From positions 32,600,378-32,644,080 of the forward strand of contig NC_068994.1 of assembly GCF_001194135.2 (NCBI RefSeq): a DNA stretch of 43,703 nt, read 5' to 3'. The translations under genes were made by a program, and so were the position numbers. Shown here piece by piece: positions 11,919 through 23,210 of this stretch. Position 1 is the first letter of the stretch. Each line of letters begins with the position of its first letter. The notes under the pieces were generated by a model that had not been told where the DNA came from, ran no database searches, and was given only the letters and a program-made list of their open reading frames with translations. Origin of the DNA: Octopus bimaculoides. Its lineage: Eukaryota.

Positions 11919-12135
11919 TAAGGTGGTCAACTGGCAGAATCGTTACCACACCGGGTAAAATGCTTAGCGGCATTTCGCTTGTCTTTACGTTCTGAGTTCA
12001 ACTTCTGCCGAGGTCCACTTTACCTTTCATCCGTTCGAGGTCGATAAAGTAAGAACCAGTTGAGCAATGGGGTCCATTTAATCGACTTAGCTCCTCCCCC
12101 GAAATTGCTGGCTTTGTGCCAAAATTTGAAGCCTA
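11919..12135 (+). mobile_element. SINE family A
   Basis: aaggtggtcaactggcagaatcgtt...gttctgagttcaa...tttcatccgttcgaggtcgataaa...ggctttgtgccaaaatttgaa. Confidence 0.85.
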
Positions 12136-12409
12136 TATTAAAAAGACGTTAAGTTGTGAATACGAGTGAGTACGTATGTGAGTGGGTGTGCGCGTGCGTG
12201 TTTGTGTGTGCGTGCAAGTGTGTGTGCCTTTGCGTTTTTTGTGTAATGTTGGTGGTAGAATATGAACTAGGCACGTTGTTTTAGATTTAATAGTCTAATT
12301 CTCCGAAGGTTTAGGTTAATAACTTTATATATTTTTTTTTATTTATGCGCCCTTTTAAAGCCTCGCCAGGCTCATGGCTCGGTTTCCCGGTTTCTATGGC
12401 GTATGTAAC

Positions 12410-13624
12410 ATTTATAACATAACATTTATTGACAATGAATTAGTTAGCCACATAAACGCCATTTCGACGGATAACTTCAAAATCCTTATTAGTCATGGTA
12501 TCTATCAATTTCTTAATAGTAACAGGTTGGACTGCCGCTGCTGCAGCTTTGATGGTCGCCCATAGTACATCTTTCGACTTAAATTGACGTCCATCGGCAT
12601 AAACATCTTGTTAAATGATGGACTAAAGATAGGGTTGAGATCCGGAGATGCTAACGGCCACACCATCAACCTTTCACTTTGTATGCCGCAAGACCCTAAG
12701 AATGTTTGGGTGGTCCTAGCAGAGTTGGAGGGAGCATTGTAATGCATGAATATGAGATTCCTTAGAAGTGACTGCAGTATGTCATCTAGTCAGGGATCCA
12801 AGACCTTCAAGAGATTGCAGTAGGTGGCTACAGTCACTTTAACTTCTTCAGGCACCCTGACTAGGCCAACAAGTCCATCCCCAATCATACCGACCCACAA
12901 CATGACCACTCCACCCTGTTGTTGACGTCGTAAACGTTGATGACGCTCATCTCCAAAATAAACCCAACCGTTAGGTTCGTCAAGGGTGATCCTGGTTTCG
13001 TCAGCGAACAGAGCACAACTCATGTCTGACGTCATGTTCTTTTGAGCCCATTGAAGCTTCAAACTCTTGTGAGGAGGGAATTTAAGGGGTTCTCGCACGA
13101 AGCCATGGTCCCGAGGATGCGATTTCTGGTGGTTTTCGGTTCACGAGGAGTCCGGAGGCGGTGAAAATGGCTTTGCTTGTTTGTCCAGGTTTCCCACGTA
13201 ACTTGCAGTCAATATTCCTTAAATCCCTAGCTGTTACAGTCTTGGGGGTCCCGCAATTGGATCGTTTCTTCCTTGGCGCTCATGTGGCTAAATAATTCAT
13301 TATGTCAATAAATGTTATAATATTATTATGGTTTTCTGTTAAACATATTCTCAATATATGCTTAATATGTACCATTACTCTTCATTTCCTGAAAAGCAAT
13401 GTCTAGATGGGCTATTTTCATTCAAAAGCAATTAGCGTGGTTCACCCCAAAAAGTTAAGAATCTGAAATAAAAAAAAGAAAGGACGTGGCACAGAATAAT
13501 TAAAACATAACAATGGTGTTGCCATAGTGTGCAAACCAGCTGGGGAAAGTTTTATTAAAATCGATTCACAATAAACCGAGAAATCCTAAATTTCATTCCT
13601 AAGCTATTAGCGTGGTTCTGAGTG
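12410..13624 (-). mobile_element. Degenerate Tc1-family DNA transposon with intact 5' TIR
   Basis: Frameshifted transposase segments: LQWAQK...LFADETR..LDEPNGW...RRQQQGGVVMLW; MHYNAPS (second D mutated to Y); WPLASPDLNPI (E lost); and C-terminal IKKLIDTMTNKDFEVIRRNGVYVAN* ending at 12440. The TIR CACTCAGAACCACGCTAATAGC is preceded by TA at 13625-13626. Confidence 0.9.
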
Positions 13625-14194
13625 TATNNNNNNNNNNNNNNNNNNNNNNNNNNNNNNNNNNNNNNNNNNNNNNNNNNNNNNNNNNNNNNNNNNNNNNNNN
13701 NNNNNNNNNNNNNNNNNNNNNNNNNNNNNNNNNNNNNNNNNNNNNNNNNNNNNNNNNNNNNNNNNNNNNNNNNNNNNNNNNNNNNNNNNNNNNNNNNNNN
13801 NNNNNNNNNNNNNNNNNNNNNNNNNNNNNNNNNNNNNNNNNNNNNNNNNNNNNNNNNNNNNNNNNNNNNNNNNNNNNNNNNNNNNNNNNNNNNNNNNNNN
13901 NNNNNNNNNNNNNNNNNNNNNNNNNNNNNNNNATATATATATATAGGCACACATACTACTTTATGAAAGCCGAAAAAATTTCGCAAGCTGTTACCCAGAG
14001 TTTCATGTGACCGCCAACAGACACATGTGATAACAAAGACTTGTAAAGAAATTTGATAATTGTGAATATATTGTGATTCTTCTTTTCGGGTTTAATAAAA
14101 AAAGATATCTTATTCTACGTTTGGTATTCGAGTACTATTCTTCCACCTTGTTTTGCACCTATTGTGTGTGTGTGTGTGCGTGTGTTATAGAAGA

Positions 14195-14275
14195 TATCTG
14201 TCCAAGGTGTCATGCAATGGGACTGAACCCATGACCATGTGGTTGAGAAGGAAACTTCCTACTGTACTGTCACAC
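14195..14275 (-). mobile_element. SINE family B head fragment
   Basis: ccaaggtgtcatgcaatgggactgaacccatgaccatgtggttg matches the reverse complement of the 6580 head. Confidence 0.7.
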
Positions 14276-14604
14276 CAAGGTTTTTTACAATGTGTTGTTG
14301 GTTTTTGCAATGTGCTCGTCTCTGACTATGATTTCGAACATACTGCTTTTGCTACTCTTGCATGCTTTTATGCATTCATAATGTTTTAATTTGTGTATAG
14401 CTTATTTGAGTCCTTTTTGTGACTGGGGAGACACATACCCTAGTTATTTTTCATGTTTATTACTATTTTTTAGTCAATTAGTTAACCATTTAACGAGTTA
14501 ACTCATCGATTATTTGATTAATCGTCTGGTCAGCCAACCAGCTAGGTCTGTCAAAGTTCTTTCGTCACCATTCGGGACTTCATCAATAACATGCCCTCTC
14601 TACA

Positions 14605-14657
14605 CTAAGTCTGCTTTAGGTCTATTGTTGAGTACTTAGTTATTCCTTTTTGAGAAT
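14605..14657 (-). CDS. Candidate terminal coding exon (xDSQKGITKYSTIDLKQT*)
   Basis: Acceptor ttgcttttatttttcatag. The longest reading frame is phase 1, ending at TAG; AATAAA lies about 145 nt downstream (14456-14461). No homology recognised. Confidence 0.25.
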
Positions 14658-15197
14658 CTATGAAAAATAAAAGCAATACAGAAGCTATAGCCACACAACA
14701 TCCTGAAAATGGGGTTGAGATAGCCTGGAAACGTAGATAAGACGAATTCGGAAATTTGTTGTTCCAAAACAAGCTGTAAGGGTCTGATAATGGAAATTCG
14801 AAGAAAAGTTAATGATAATGAAAAAAGATTAAATTAGATATAATCATGATTCCAGTACATGTTTTAAAAAAACCATTCCCCGTAAAGGTGATTTTAACTC
14901 AGAAGAGACTATACAAGGGCAAAACTAACTCTAATGTGTCGCGGCCCGACGGTGGCTTAGCTAGCCGAAACTTCGAATTCACTGTCAACGACATTCTTGT
15001 ATAAGAAAAATAAATTTGTACTCTACAAAAGTATAGAGTAATCCATCAGGTTAATGTAAATTGTTTTTATTATAACTGAACATAAAACAAGTATTAATGT
15101 GTGTGTGTGTGTGTGTGTTTGTGTTAGTGTGTATGTGTGTGTGTGATTATTAATAAGCGATAGATGTTACAGAGCGACTCAGTGATCGAAAGTTGTG

Positions 15198-15256
15198 TGC
15201 GTTGGCGCTTATCAAACTTATCAAAAGTTATCAAAAGTTTGTTAAGTGCCAACGCA
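15198..15256 (+). ncRNA. Pre-miRNA-like or MITE-like hairpin
   Basis: 22-nt arms with 20 Watson-Crick pairs, one G-U pair and one U-U mismatch; 15-nt loop; further pairing out to 15176/15278. Confidence 0.35.
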
Positions 15257-15754
15257 AGATACTCTCGGCCCTTGAGTCACTTGGTATCTTCTACCGATTA
15301 ATAATAAAAAGAGATAAGAATATACTCATGTTCTTCCTATTTTACATCATCAAACATGTATGTGCGTGTGCGTGCATGCATGTGTGTGCGTGTGTGTGCA
15401 TGTGTGTGCGTGTGTGTGTGTACACACGTACGTATGTATGTGTGACTGAACACGGGCTGTTTCTTTCGTAGAGGGAAAGCTATTCGACCTCATACCAGTT
15501 CTGGATTAGTATTTTATATATCGACCACGAAACAATGAAAAACCAAGTTGAACTTAACGGGATTTGAACTCAGAGACCTGCAAGGATTTTATCTGCTGCC
15601 CTAATGATTGTGTCAACTCTCCAGCACACACACACACACATACACACACACACACACATACACACACACACACACGCACGCACACACGCACGCACGCACG
15701 CACGCTCATACGTACATACGTACATATATATACCATACTATTTACATTATAATG

Positions 15755-15801
<47 letters not shown>

Positions 15802-15815
15802 AAGCACACACATAC

Positions 15816-15846
<31 letters not shown>

Positions 15847-15923
15847 CATACATGTGTATGTATTATGCTGGAGTGTTGACACAATCATAAGGGCATTGGG
15901 CTTTTCATCGTTTCGCGGTCGAT

Positions 15924-16660
15924 AAATATCAAACAAATACCTGAAGCACAAAAGGGATAGAGATGCAGGAAAAGCAGTAAAATGTGACAACCTATGCAGA
16001 CTTTGTGGAGTTAATACCGATGATATCACCCAACATCGTAAGCATTTGTCTGAAAATGTTATCACGCTATTATCTGCTGATGAGACATGATGTAGCTAGG
16101 ACACTCTATAATGAAATCCGTTGGAAGGATAACCCCGAGGAGAAAGAAATAAGAACCCACAGTATGCTAGAAGCCATAGCCACTCATAATAAAAAGGGAG
16201 TACTGGTGGAATGTCCCAGTGAAGATCTCAATAAAATGTAAGCACAACAGACCTGATGTAATGATTTGCGGGTAGGAGACAAACTGTGTACAGTTGTAAA
16301 AATTAGCTGCGCAGCGGATTTTAGCATAAAGCTGAAGATCAGTAAAAAAGAGAATATCTACACTGAACTATTGAGAAATTTGTAGTTACTCTATCCAGAT
16401 TACAAGTTCAGGTTTACAACTGTAATTATTGGGGCTCTGGGATATGTAACACACTCCCCAAATACCAATCTTGAGAAATTAGGCTTCTCAAAACCAGAAA
16501 GGAGAAAGCTAATTCGAAGACTACAAATCCAATCCGTCACTGGAACTGTGAAAATCTGTAAAACTTTCCGGAAGTTTATAATTTAAATATATATGAGCAT
16601 GTCTACATGCTCATATATATGCATGAGAATACATAAAACAAAAATATAGAAATCTGCACG
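15924..16660 (+). mobile_element. 3' fragment of an RLE-type non-LTR retrotransposon (R4/NeSL-like)
   Basis: CCHC knuckle CRLCGVNTDDITxHIVSIC, MRHDVARTLY, HNRPDVMI (RLE PD motif), VIIGALGYV and TGTVKICKTF; frameshifts and stops present; ends in (CATA)n. Confidence 0.9.
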
Positions 16661-16689
16661 CATACATACATACATACATACATACATAC

Positions 16690-17406
16690 TCTGTTGTTGA
16701 GCATTTGTTTCGGAGTCGTAGCCATAGATCCACGATTCATCACCCGTTATGACAGTTTTCAAAAAGTTGTAATCGTTTTCGACACAATCAAGGAGATCTT
16801 ATGCAACTGAAACTCGAGTGTCTTTTTGGTCAGCTGAAAGCAGTTTTCGCTCAAACTTGGCAGACTTGCGTCTCATACCCAAATATTCGATGATAATGGA
16901 CTGAACTGAACTGCAACTAATCTGCATATCCTCTGATAACTTACAGATGGTGATTCGACGATTTCCCCTCACAGTTGCACGCATATCTACGATGTTTTAC
17001 TCAGTTCTGTTGGTTGCGGGTCTCCTAGAACGTTCGTCATTATCGACATATTTTTTCGGTCCTCTTGGAAACGTATAAATCACTCGTACACTTGTGTGCG
17101 GCTCATACACTCCTCTCCATACACTTTCTGGAACTTTGTGTAGGCGTCTGAGCAGATATCGCCAAGCTTTTGGCAAAATTTGATGCAGATTCTCTGTTCA
17201 ACTTTCTCTCATGGTCAATGCGACGATCATATGCTACACACGTTCCTTCCAAGCACTGCTGTAAACAGCAGAAGTAAGCTAGAACATTAAAACTTAGTAC
17301 GCATGCACAACAGCGTTAAAGGTCAATCTGTGCCAAGCGTCTTCAATCTGTATGCTTTAGCTTCGTTACTATGGCAACTGTCCGGATACTTATTGATCAG
17401 ATTACG
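16690..17406 (-). mobile_element. 5' half of a mariner transposon
   Basis: EQRICIKFCQKLG, RRITICKLSEDMQIS, LGMRRKSAKFERKLLSADQK, VITGDESWIYGYDSET. TIR CGTAATCTGATCAATAAGTATCCGGAC follows TA at 17407-17408; truncated after the first catalytic D. Confidence 0.9.
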
Positions 17407-17596
17407 TACACACTATTTCCATCATAATTTATATTTATATATATAACACACATATATACACACACATACACACACACACACATACACATATATGGATATA
17501 CATGCATACATACACATGCTATTTACATTCTGATTCATATATATTTAACACATGCACATACACTCACGCACATATAAATATACATACATACACACG

Positions 17597-17645
<49 letters not shown>

Positions 17646-18869
17646 AAATGTGGAAAGTGTGAGGAGTTAGAGGAAGAGAACAAAGCATTCAATGATAAAA
17701 CTAGGAAGTATTATACATACATACAAACATACATATAAACAAACACACACACATATATATATGTATACATACATATATATATATCTTTTTAAATTCTTTC
17801 ATTGCATTTACACAATACACGTTACATTTAATAAATGTATTCGGTGACATAGAATTTCAAAGAACGTAGGATTTGATCTATTGCTGTCTTTTAGTATTTC
17901 ACTGCAAATATTTTCAATATATAATTAATATTGCATTATTTGGTAAACATCTGCCAATTCTATTTGAATAATTTTTACACCTGCTGTGATCTCTTCGGTT
18001 ATTTTTCTATTGTCGAAAAATGTAAGTTTTATTTAAAAAAAAAAAAAAAACCATTTTTTCTCCAATTTTTATCATATTCTTAACTTTCTGTTTCCTTTAT
18101 ATTTTCAAAAAATATGTATTTTTTTTTTTTTGAAGTTTATTATTTATTTGTAAGTTTATCTATTTATTTAGCTTACGAATTACCATCGTTCAGAAAATCT
18201 GAAAATATAATTTTTAAACAGAATCAGATGCGCGCAAACATGTTAACTTGTATTGTAGTGAAGTTCACCAAACATGTTATACTGATTTCTTGGTTAAACT
18301 GTAACTATTATCTTGATATTGTTTTGCTGTTATGGTTTTTGTTGTGATTGCTGTTGTTTGTTCCAACGTCTTCCTGGTTTGATGGATTAAACCGGAGCAA
18401 AATCATTCCACTGATTTGCATGTGATTGTGTGAGTGTCTTTGTATGTATATAAATGTAAGAATTTAGAAAGTTAGAGAACGTGAAATAATTCTGTTTTGG
18501 AACGGTGAATCTTGAAGCATAGAAAGCTATAAATAACAGCGTATGAAAATTGGATTAAAATACTCTGGCAACATTCGGCATTTTCTCTCCAAACCTTTAC
18601 CCATGTTATTATTTATAGCTTTAATTATAGTTTTATCAAGACGGCGAGCTTAGCGGTATTTCGCCCGTCTTTACGTTCTGAGTTCAATTTCCGCTTCTCA
18701 ACCACGCAGCCATGTTTGCAATGTGTTAGGTTAACTAACGTATAAAATGAGTTACCTCCATTTATGGGCATATTATGTCTAGGACTGCATTAATCAAGAT
18801 ATTTCATTTTATGACATTAGGCTGTGATTTTTGTGACATCTAACTGTTATTCTTAGCAGGTCGAGCAAC

Positions 18870-19170
18870 TACTGGTTCGAATACAACGAATTTGATTACC
18901 TACTTAGCTCTATGTCAAACCTAGTTGAACCAACATTTAATCGAAAACATTCTAGAAAAGAATCGCGAGACAGATTCTTCAAGTCGAGTCCACTGGCAGG
19001 AGACCTAGGGTAGACCAAGAGGTAGACAGTTGGATAATATCTATAATTTTTGTTGACTAGGCTTGGGATTCTAGCTGGAAAATATAATATCAGTTGCTTC
19101 TAATGGTGCCCTATAGAGAAGGTGCCTGGGAACTCTTCCCCCACGGCTCCCCAAGGAATAGTGGACGGAA
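18870..19170 (+). mobile_element. RTE LINE 3' end fragment
   Basis: RIARQILQVESTGRRPR/GRPRGRQLDNI...RLGILAENIISVASN..LELFPPRLPKE, typical of RTE ORF C-termini. Confidence 0.7.
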
Positions 19171-19746
19171 AAGAACAGATGGATATTGTAGCCGTGATAT
19201 CACGTATTTTATTCAAACATCGTGTACCTGAGACCATATCTGATGTATTATTCTTTCCTTTAAGACGGTAAAGTACCGTGGTTTAGAGAATATTTAGCAG
19301 GTATTTTTGGCAGATCGCTCAGGCACGTAATGATTCCCTTATGTATGTAGTGGAGAGAAGGGAGTTGTTGAAATTGTTATTATGGAAAGATTTGGTGTAA
19401 TGTTACTTAAGTCGACCTACAGATAACGTGTTGCAGATTCGAAATCGAAACGCTGGATAATCGTGCGGCCACGCTGAGATCACTATCATTTCACCTGATC
19501 AGTCGATTAACTGATCAATCAGCGTCAAACCATCACAGGATTCGTCTTCCTAGAACCTTCTCATGAGTCTCATAAAAAGTGGTTAGTTTTGGCGGTAAAT
19601 TCATCAGGCCGGGACAGTTGCTTTTACAACTCCCTTCTCAGATTTTTCATTTCCCAGCCATGCAGATTGAAAGTACAGATTGGTCATCATGAATTTAGCA
19701 CAATATTTCCCCCGTTGTGATGTCCTAGTCACAGATCGATACATAC

Positions 19747-19860
19747 CAGTTATTTTGTCGTAGACTCCAGAGTTTGTCTCACCTATTGTGTACAAATTGT
19801 TGTTTTTATTTTTCATCCAAAAACCAACACAGAAAACATTATGTACAGTAAATAAAGAAT
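19747..19860 (-). CDS. Candidate internal exon, 114 nt, phase 1-1 (DSLFTVHNVFCVGFWMKNKNNNLYTIGETNSGVYDKIT)
   Basis: Acceptor cattttaacag, donor ctg|gtatgt; only one of three frames is open; non-repetitive context. No homology recognised. Confidence 0.35.
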
Positions 19861-20559
19861 CTGTTAAAATGCTCGTGTGTGTTGTTTATCATTTTACATG
19901 CAGCCAACAACCAAACCCAACCACGCGAGAAATGTATATATTAGAAGCTTCTTCGAATTTAGTGAGACCGTTTTAGTAGTAGTTATCTACAAGTGTTATA
20001 AAATTCTGCGATAATGTCCTAATCTAATCCCTCAACATTCGACATCCTTCTAATTATGTTTATGTAACTTGACTATAAAGCTGACACAAAATTTTCAAAA
20101 AGTATATAAAATTAACAGAATCGGTAAAGGTCAATAAAACGAGTACCACTGAAGTACTACTTCGAAATAATTGACTATACTTCCTCCCCGCAAAATGTGT
20201 GGCCTTGTGCCAAAGTTATAAATCATTTCTTTTATTATTATCGTCTGCCATACAAACTTTATTATCGCATATCAAACTTGTTCGCTCCTTTCTTGGCAAC
20301 CACTAGCAGCAAACATAAAGTATTTCCAGTCGTGTGTGCCGAGACGTGTTGAGGCTTGTGAAAAAGGACCTTGTCAATAATAGACATAATAAATAAACAA
20401 TTTCAGGCATACAACTTTGCTCAGCACAGAGCTAAACAAGAGCTAAAGAAGACAGTATAATTAAAAACAGAAACTTTTGCGATCCGCAGCCGTTCCAATC
20501 GTGACAATTTCCACCTCGTTTGGTGCTTCGTTGAGCAGTTAGAAACTAGATAAGACTAA

Positions 20560-21700
20560 TCAATTTAGATAACTTTCATGTTTTCAATAGGCTCAGCCTT
20601 CGCTATCTAGAAGCTCTTTTACTTATACGTAGCTTGTTTGGTCCTGTCTTCTGAAGATGGATTGCTCCAATATACAACGGCATGTATTCAGAGATCAAAT
20701 TAAAAGTCTCTTATCTGAACTATTTCGCATTACGTGCTCAGTCTGACACGGATGCTCCCCACTTTTGTCTCTTCTGTATGATTTGGTACTCAAGCAACTG
20801 TTGTAGGAGTTATATGAATTGTGAGACTTTCAGCTCAAACTGAGTCACAAGAGAGTCGTATCAGCATATGCAGATGACGTCACCGTCATCGTCATACAGC
20901 GGAGAGGGAGATGACTGGTACTCTGCTGGTAGAGTGCCAAAGGGGAACGGGAACGGGAGCATGCGTTAAACGGACAACACGGCGCCTAGAGAGGCCGGGA
21001 TCTGCAAGGTAGCTGCGTCTTTCACTGGATCGAAAGTTCACTTCAGGTGATCGAGTTCTCATTTGGTGAAAATCTCCAGGTAGATAACTGGAGAAAGAAG
21101 TTGTGAGCCAAGCGGTTTGTTTGTTGGAAATTCGCTGGAAGGAAGCTTTCCTTAAAGTTCCTGCTGAAGTAGCTACCATCTACACCACATCGATGGAATA
21201 CTACTTCCAAGTACCGTATCTTATCCCAGGAAACACTTGAATAAATTAGAATGTTATCTCTTTCGATTTTGCGGAATAGACACAATAGTGATTTGGGATG
21301 TCGTTGCTGATGAAGCGAAGGCCATACACAACAGAGTCTCTGGTCGCCGACAACAGCGAACGGGTGTAATCTCCATTTGTGCAATACTTCTTTCCACAAT
21401 TCAGCTCTTTGACCGAGATGCAGCCCCAGGTCAACCGCACATCACGGTTGGACGTAGGTGAAAACTTTGAGTATATACCGTTTCCTCTCTGACCTTCGCT
21501 CACTACTTGAAGAGGAAAGTGAAGCTACAAAAGGACAATGATACCTTCCAATATTTTTTATGAAAACGTGGGTGATAGTGGCGAAATTTGCGTCGCTAAA
21601 CAGCTCAACTGTACGCAGAGAAAACAAGAGGAATGTACTTATCTTTTGAATGTCAGACTAATTCATTGTTTTGTGCTTCTCCATACCATCCATTGTGGTT
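20560..21700 (+). mobile_element. Degenerate L1/Tx1-clade reverse transcriptase fragment
   Basis: LD...FNRLSLRYLEALL, SV*HGCSP(L)LSLLYDLVL, VSAYADDVTVIV (YADD at 20867-20878), and downstream GRKLSLK-like and YLKRKVKL segments; many disablements. Confidence 0.8.
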
Positions 21701-21959
21701 TCCTCCATTTGTAGTATATTTTCCCGTATTTTTTTGTGATTTTTAAACGGTTAATGCTGTACATTGTACTGGTAGAATGCATTGTATTGGTAGAGACAAC
21801 AATGCATTGCTATCTGCTTACTAGTGCTTTACTGTTTTGGCGATCTCAACTTATAATTTTTATTTCTTGTTTGTTTACTTTTCCATTGCATCTTTTTTAT
21901 TTCATTAAAAGTGGCCATAAAGGCCTCATACAGAGGAAAAGGAAGCTGTGGGCTATTTT

Positions 21960-22560
21960 TTACTGAACCCAAAGTCTTGGTCCTATGTGGCCACTAAATC
22001 GCAGAATCAGTAGAGCATCGGAAAAATGCAAGGACCCAACAATAATTGGCACTATCTTCAACTTTCTTCATTTTTCATTGCCGGGCTATTTCGTACCTAA
22101 GAGGGTTGAATCTATCTATCTTTTCGCCTTCCTTCTTGACTATTCGTGGATCAAAGGGACATGCAGCGTCAGCTATATGGCACATGTGGTTCACCTTGCC
22201 CACCACCATTAGGTCCAGTCTGTTACGCTCTAGCACCTGATCTGTTTGGATTGGGAAATCCAGGAGGATTTTGCTAGTCGTCGACTCCGCCATTCTCTGC
22301 AGTTTGTGCTCATACCACGTCTTGTCTCTATCTAGGCCCCACTTTTCACACAGTTTCCAATGTAGCACTTTCGCTACCTGGTCGTGTCGCCACAACTTGT
22401 AGTGGTTTGGGGGCAAGTCTAGGGCATTCGTTCGTGATATGGGAATTCGTTCGTAATGGTTTCATCCACTCTATTGCAGATGCGGCACAGCGGAGACACT
22501 TGCTCATTCTTCAAGTTGACCCTTCATCATTGACGATGTTGTGCCAGAATTTGGAGTTGA
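21960..22560 (-). mobile_element. R4/Dong-type LINE 3' fragment (CCHC plus RLE endonuclease)
   Basis: PLCRICNRVDETI..HITNEC, RHDQVAKVLHWKLCEKWGL..WYEHK, KILLDFPIQTDQ, ACPFDPRIVKKEGEK, IVPIIVGSL. Confidence 0.9.
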
Positions 22561-22679
22561 TAAATCAAAGTACCAGTCAAGTACTTGGGTCGTTCGTATT
22601 GACTGACCCCTATCTCTGAATTTGTATCCTTGTGTCTAAAATCATTACAACGTCAAATAAAAAATATTTTGTTATTCGC

Positions 22680-23193
22680 TCTGGCTCTTTCCATTCTGAG
22701 TTCAAATCTCACCGAGGTCAACTCTACCTTTTATATTTCCGGAGTCGATAAAAATAAAGTTCCTGTATGAAGATCGATATGATCAACTCTTCCCTTCCCC
22801 ACAAATTTTGTGAGCTTGTAGCTATTTTACAAATTATTAGACAGTCAGTGGATTGGCAGAATTGTTAGGGCGTTGGAGGAAATGCTCTACAGTACTTCGA
22901 TTTTTTTTCCTCTCTCCTGGGTTCGAATCGCACCGTGATTAACTTTATCTTTTATTCTTCAGGATCAATAAAATAAATGTACCAGTCACATACTGAGATC
23001 GATGATAAGGACTAAGCTCCTCCCTTCAATTCTGCTAGTCGTATGCTTGAATTAAAAACTATTCATCTTTTGCTTCAAATTTTGGCACACCGACCCCGAA
23101 AGAATGCAAGGCAAAGCAAACATAAAAAGCCGTAAGAAATGCTACTAAACATTTTTGTCCGGCTCGATAATGATTCTGCCAGCTTGCTACTTT
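22680..23193. mobile_element. Cluster of family A SINE pieces (+ 22680-22830, + 22845-23060, - 23085-23193)
   Basis: Matches to family A consensus segments seen elsewhere in the window. Confidence 0.7.
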
Positions 23194-23210
23194 ATTAGAA
23201 GCTGATACAG

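Noticed and set aside
17895-18035. Plus-strand donor aaat|gtaagt at about 18022
   Set aside because: The only upstream AG gives stops in all frames.
20245-20375. Minus-strand GNTLCLLLVV resembling a GPCR TM1
   Set aside because: Short, ends in a stop, weak splice signals.
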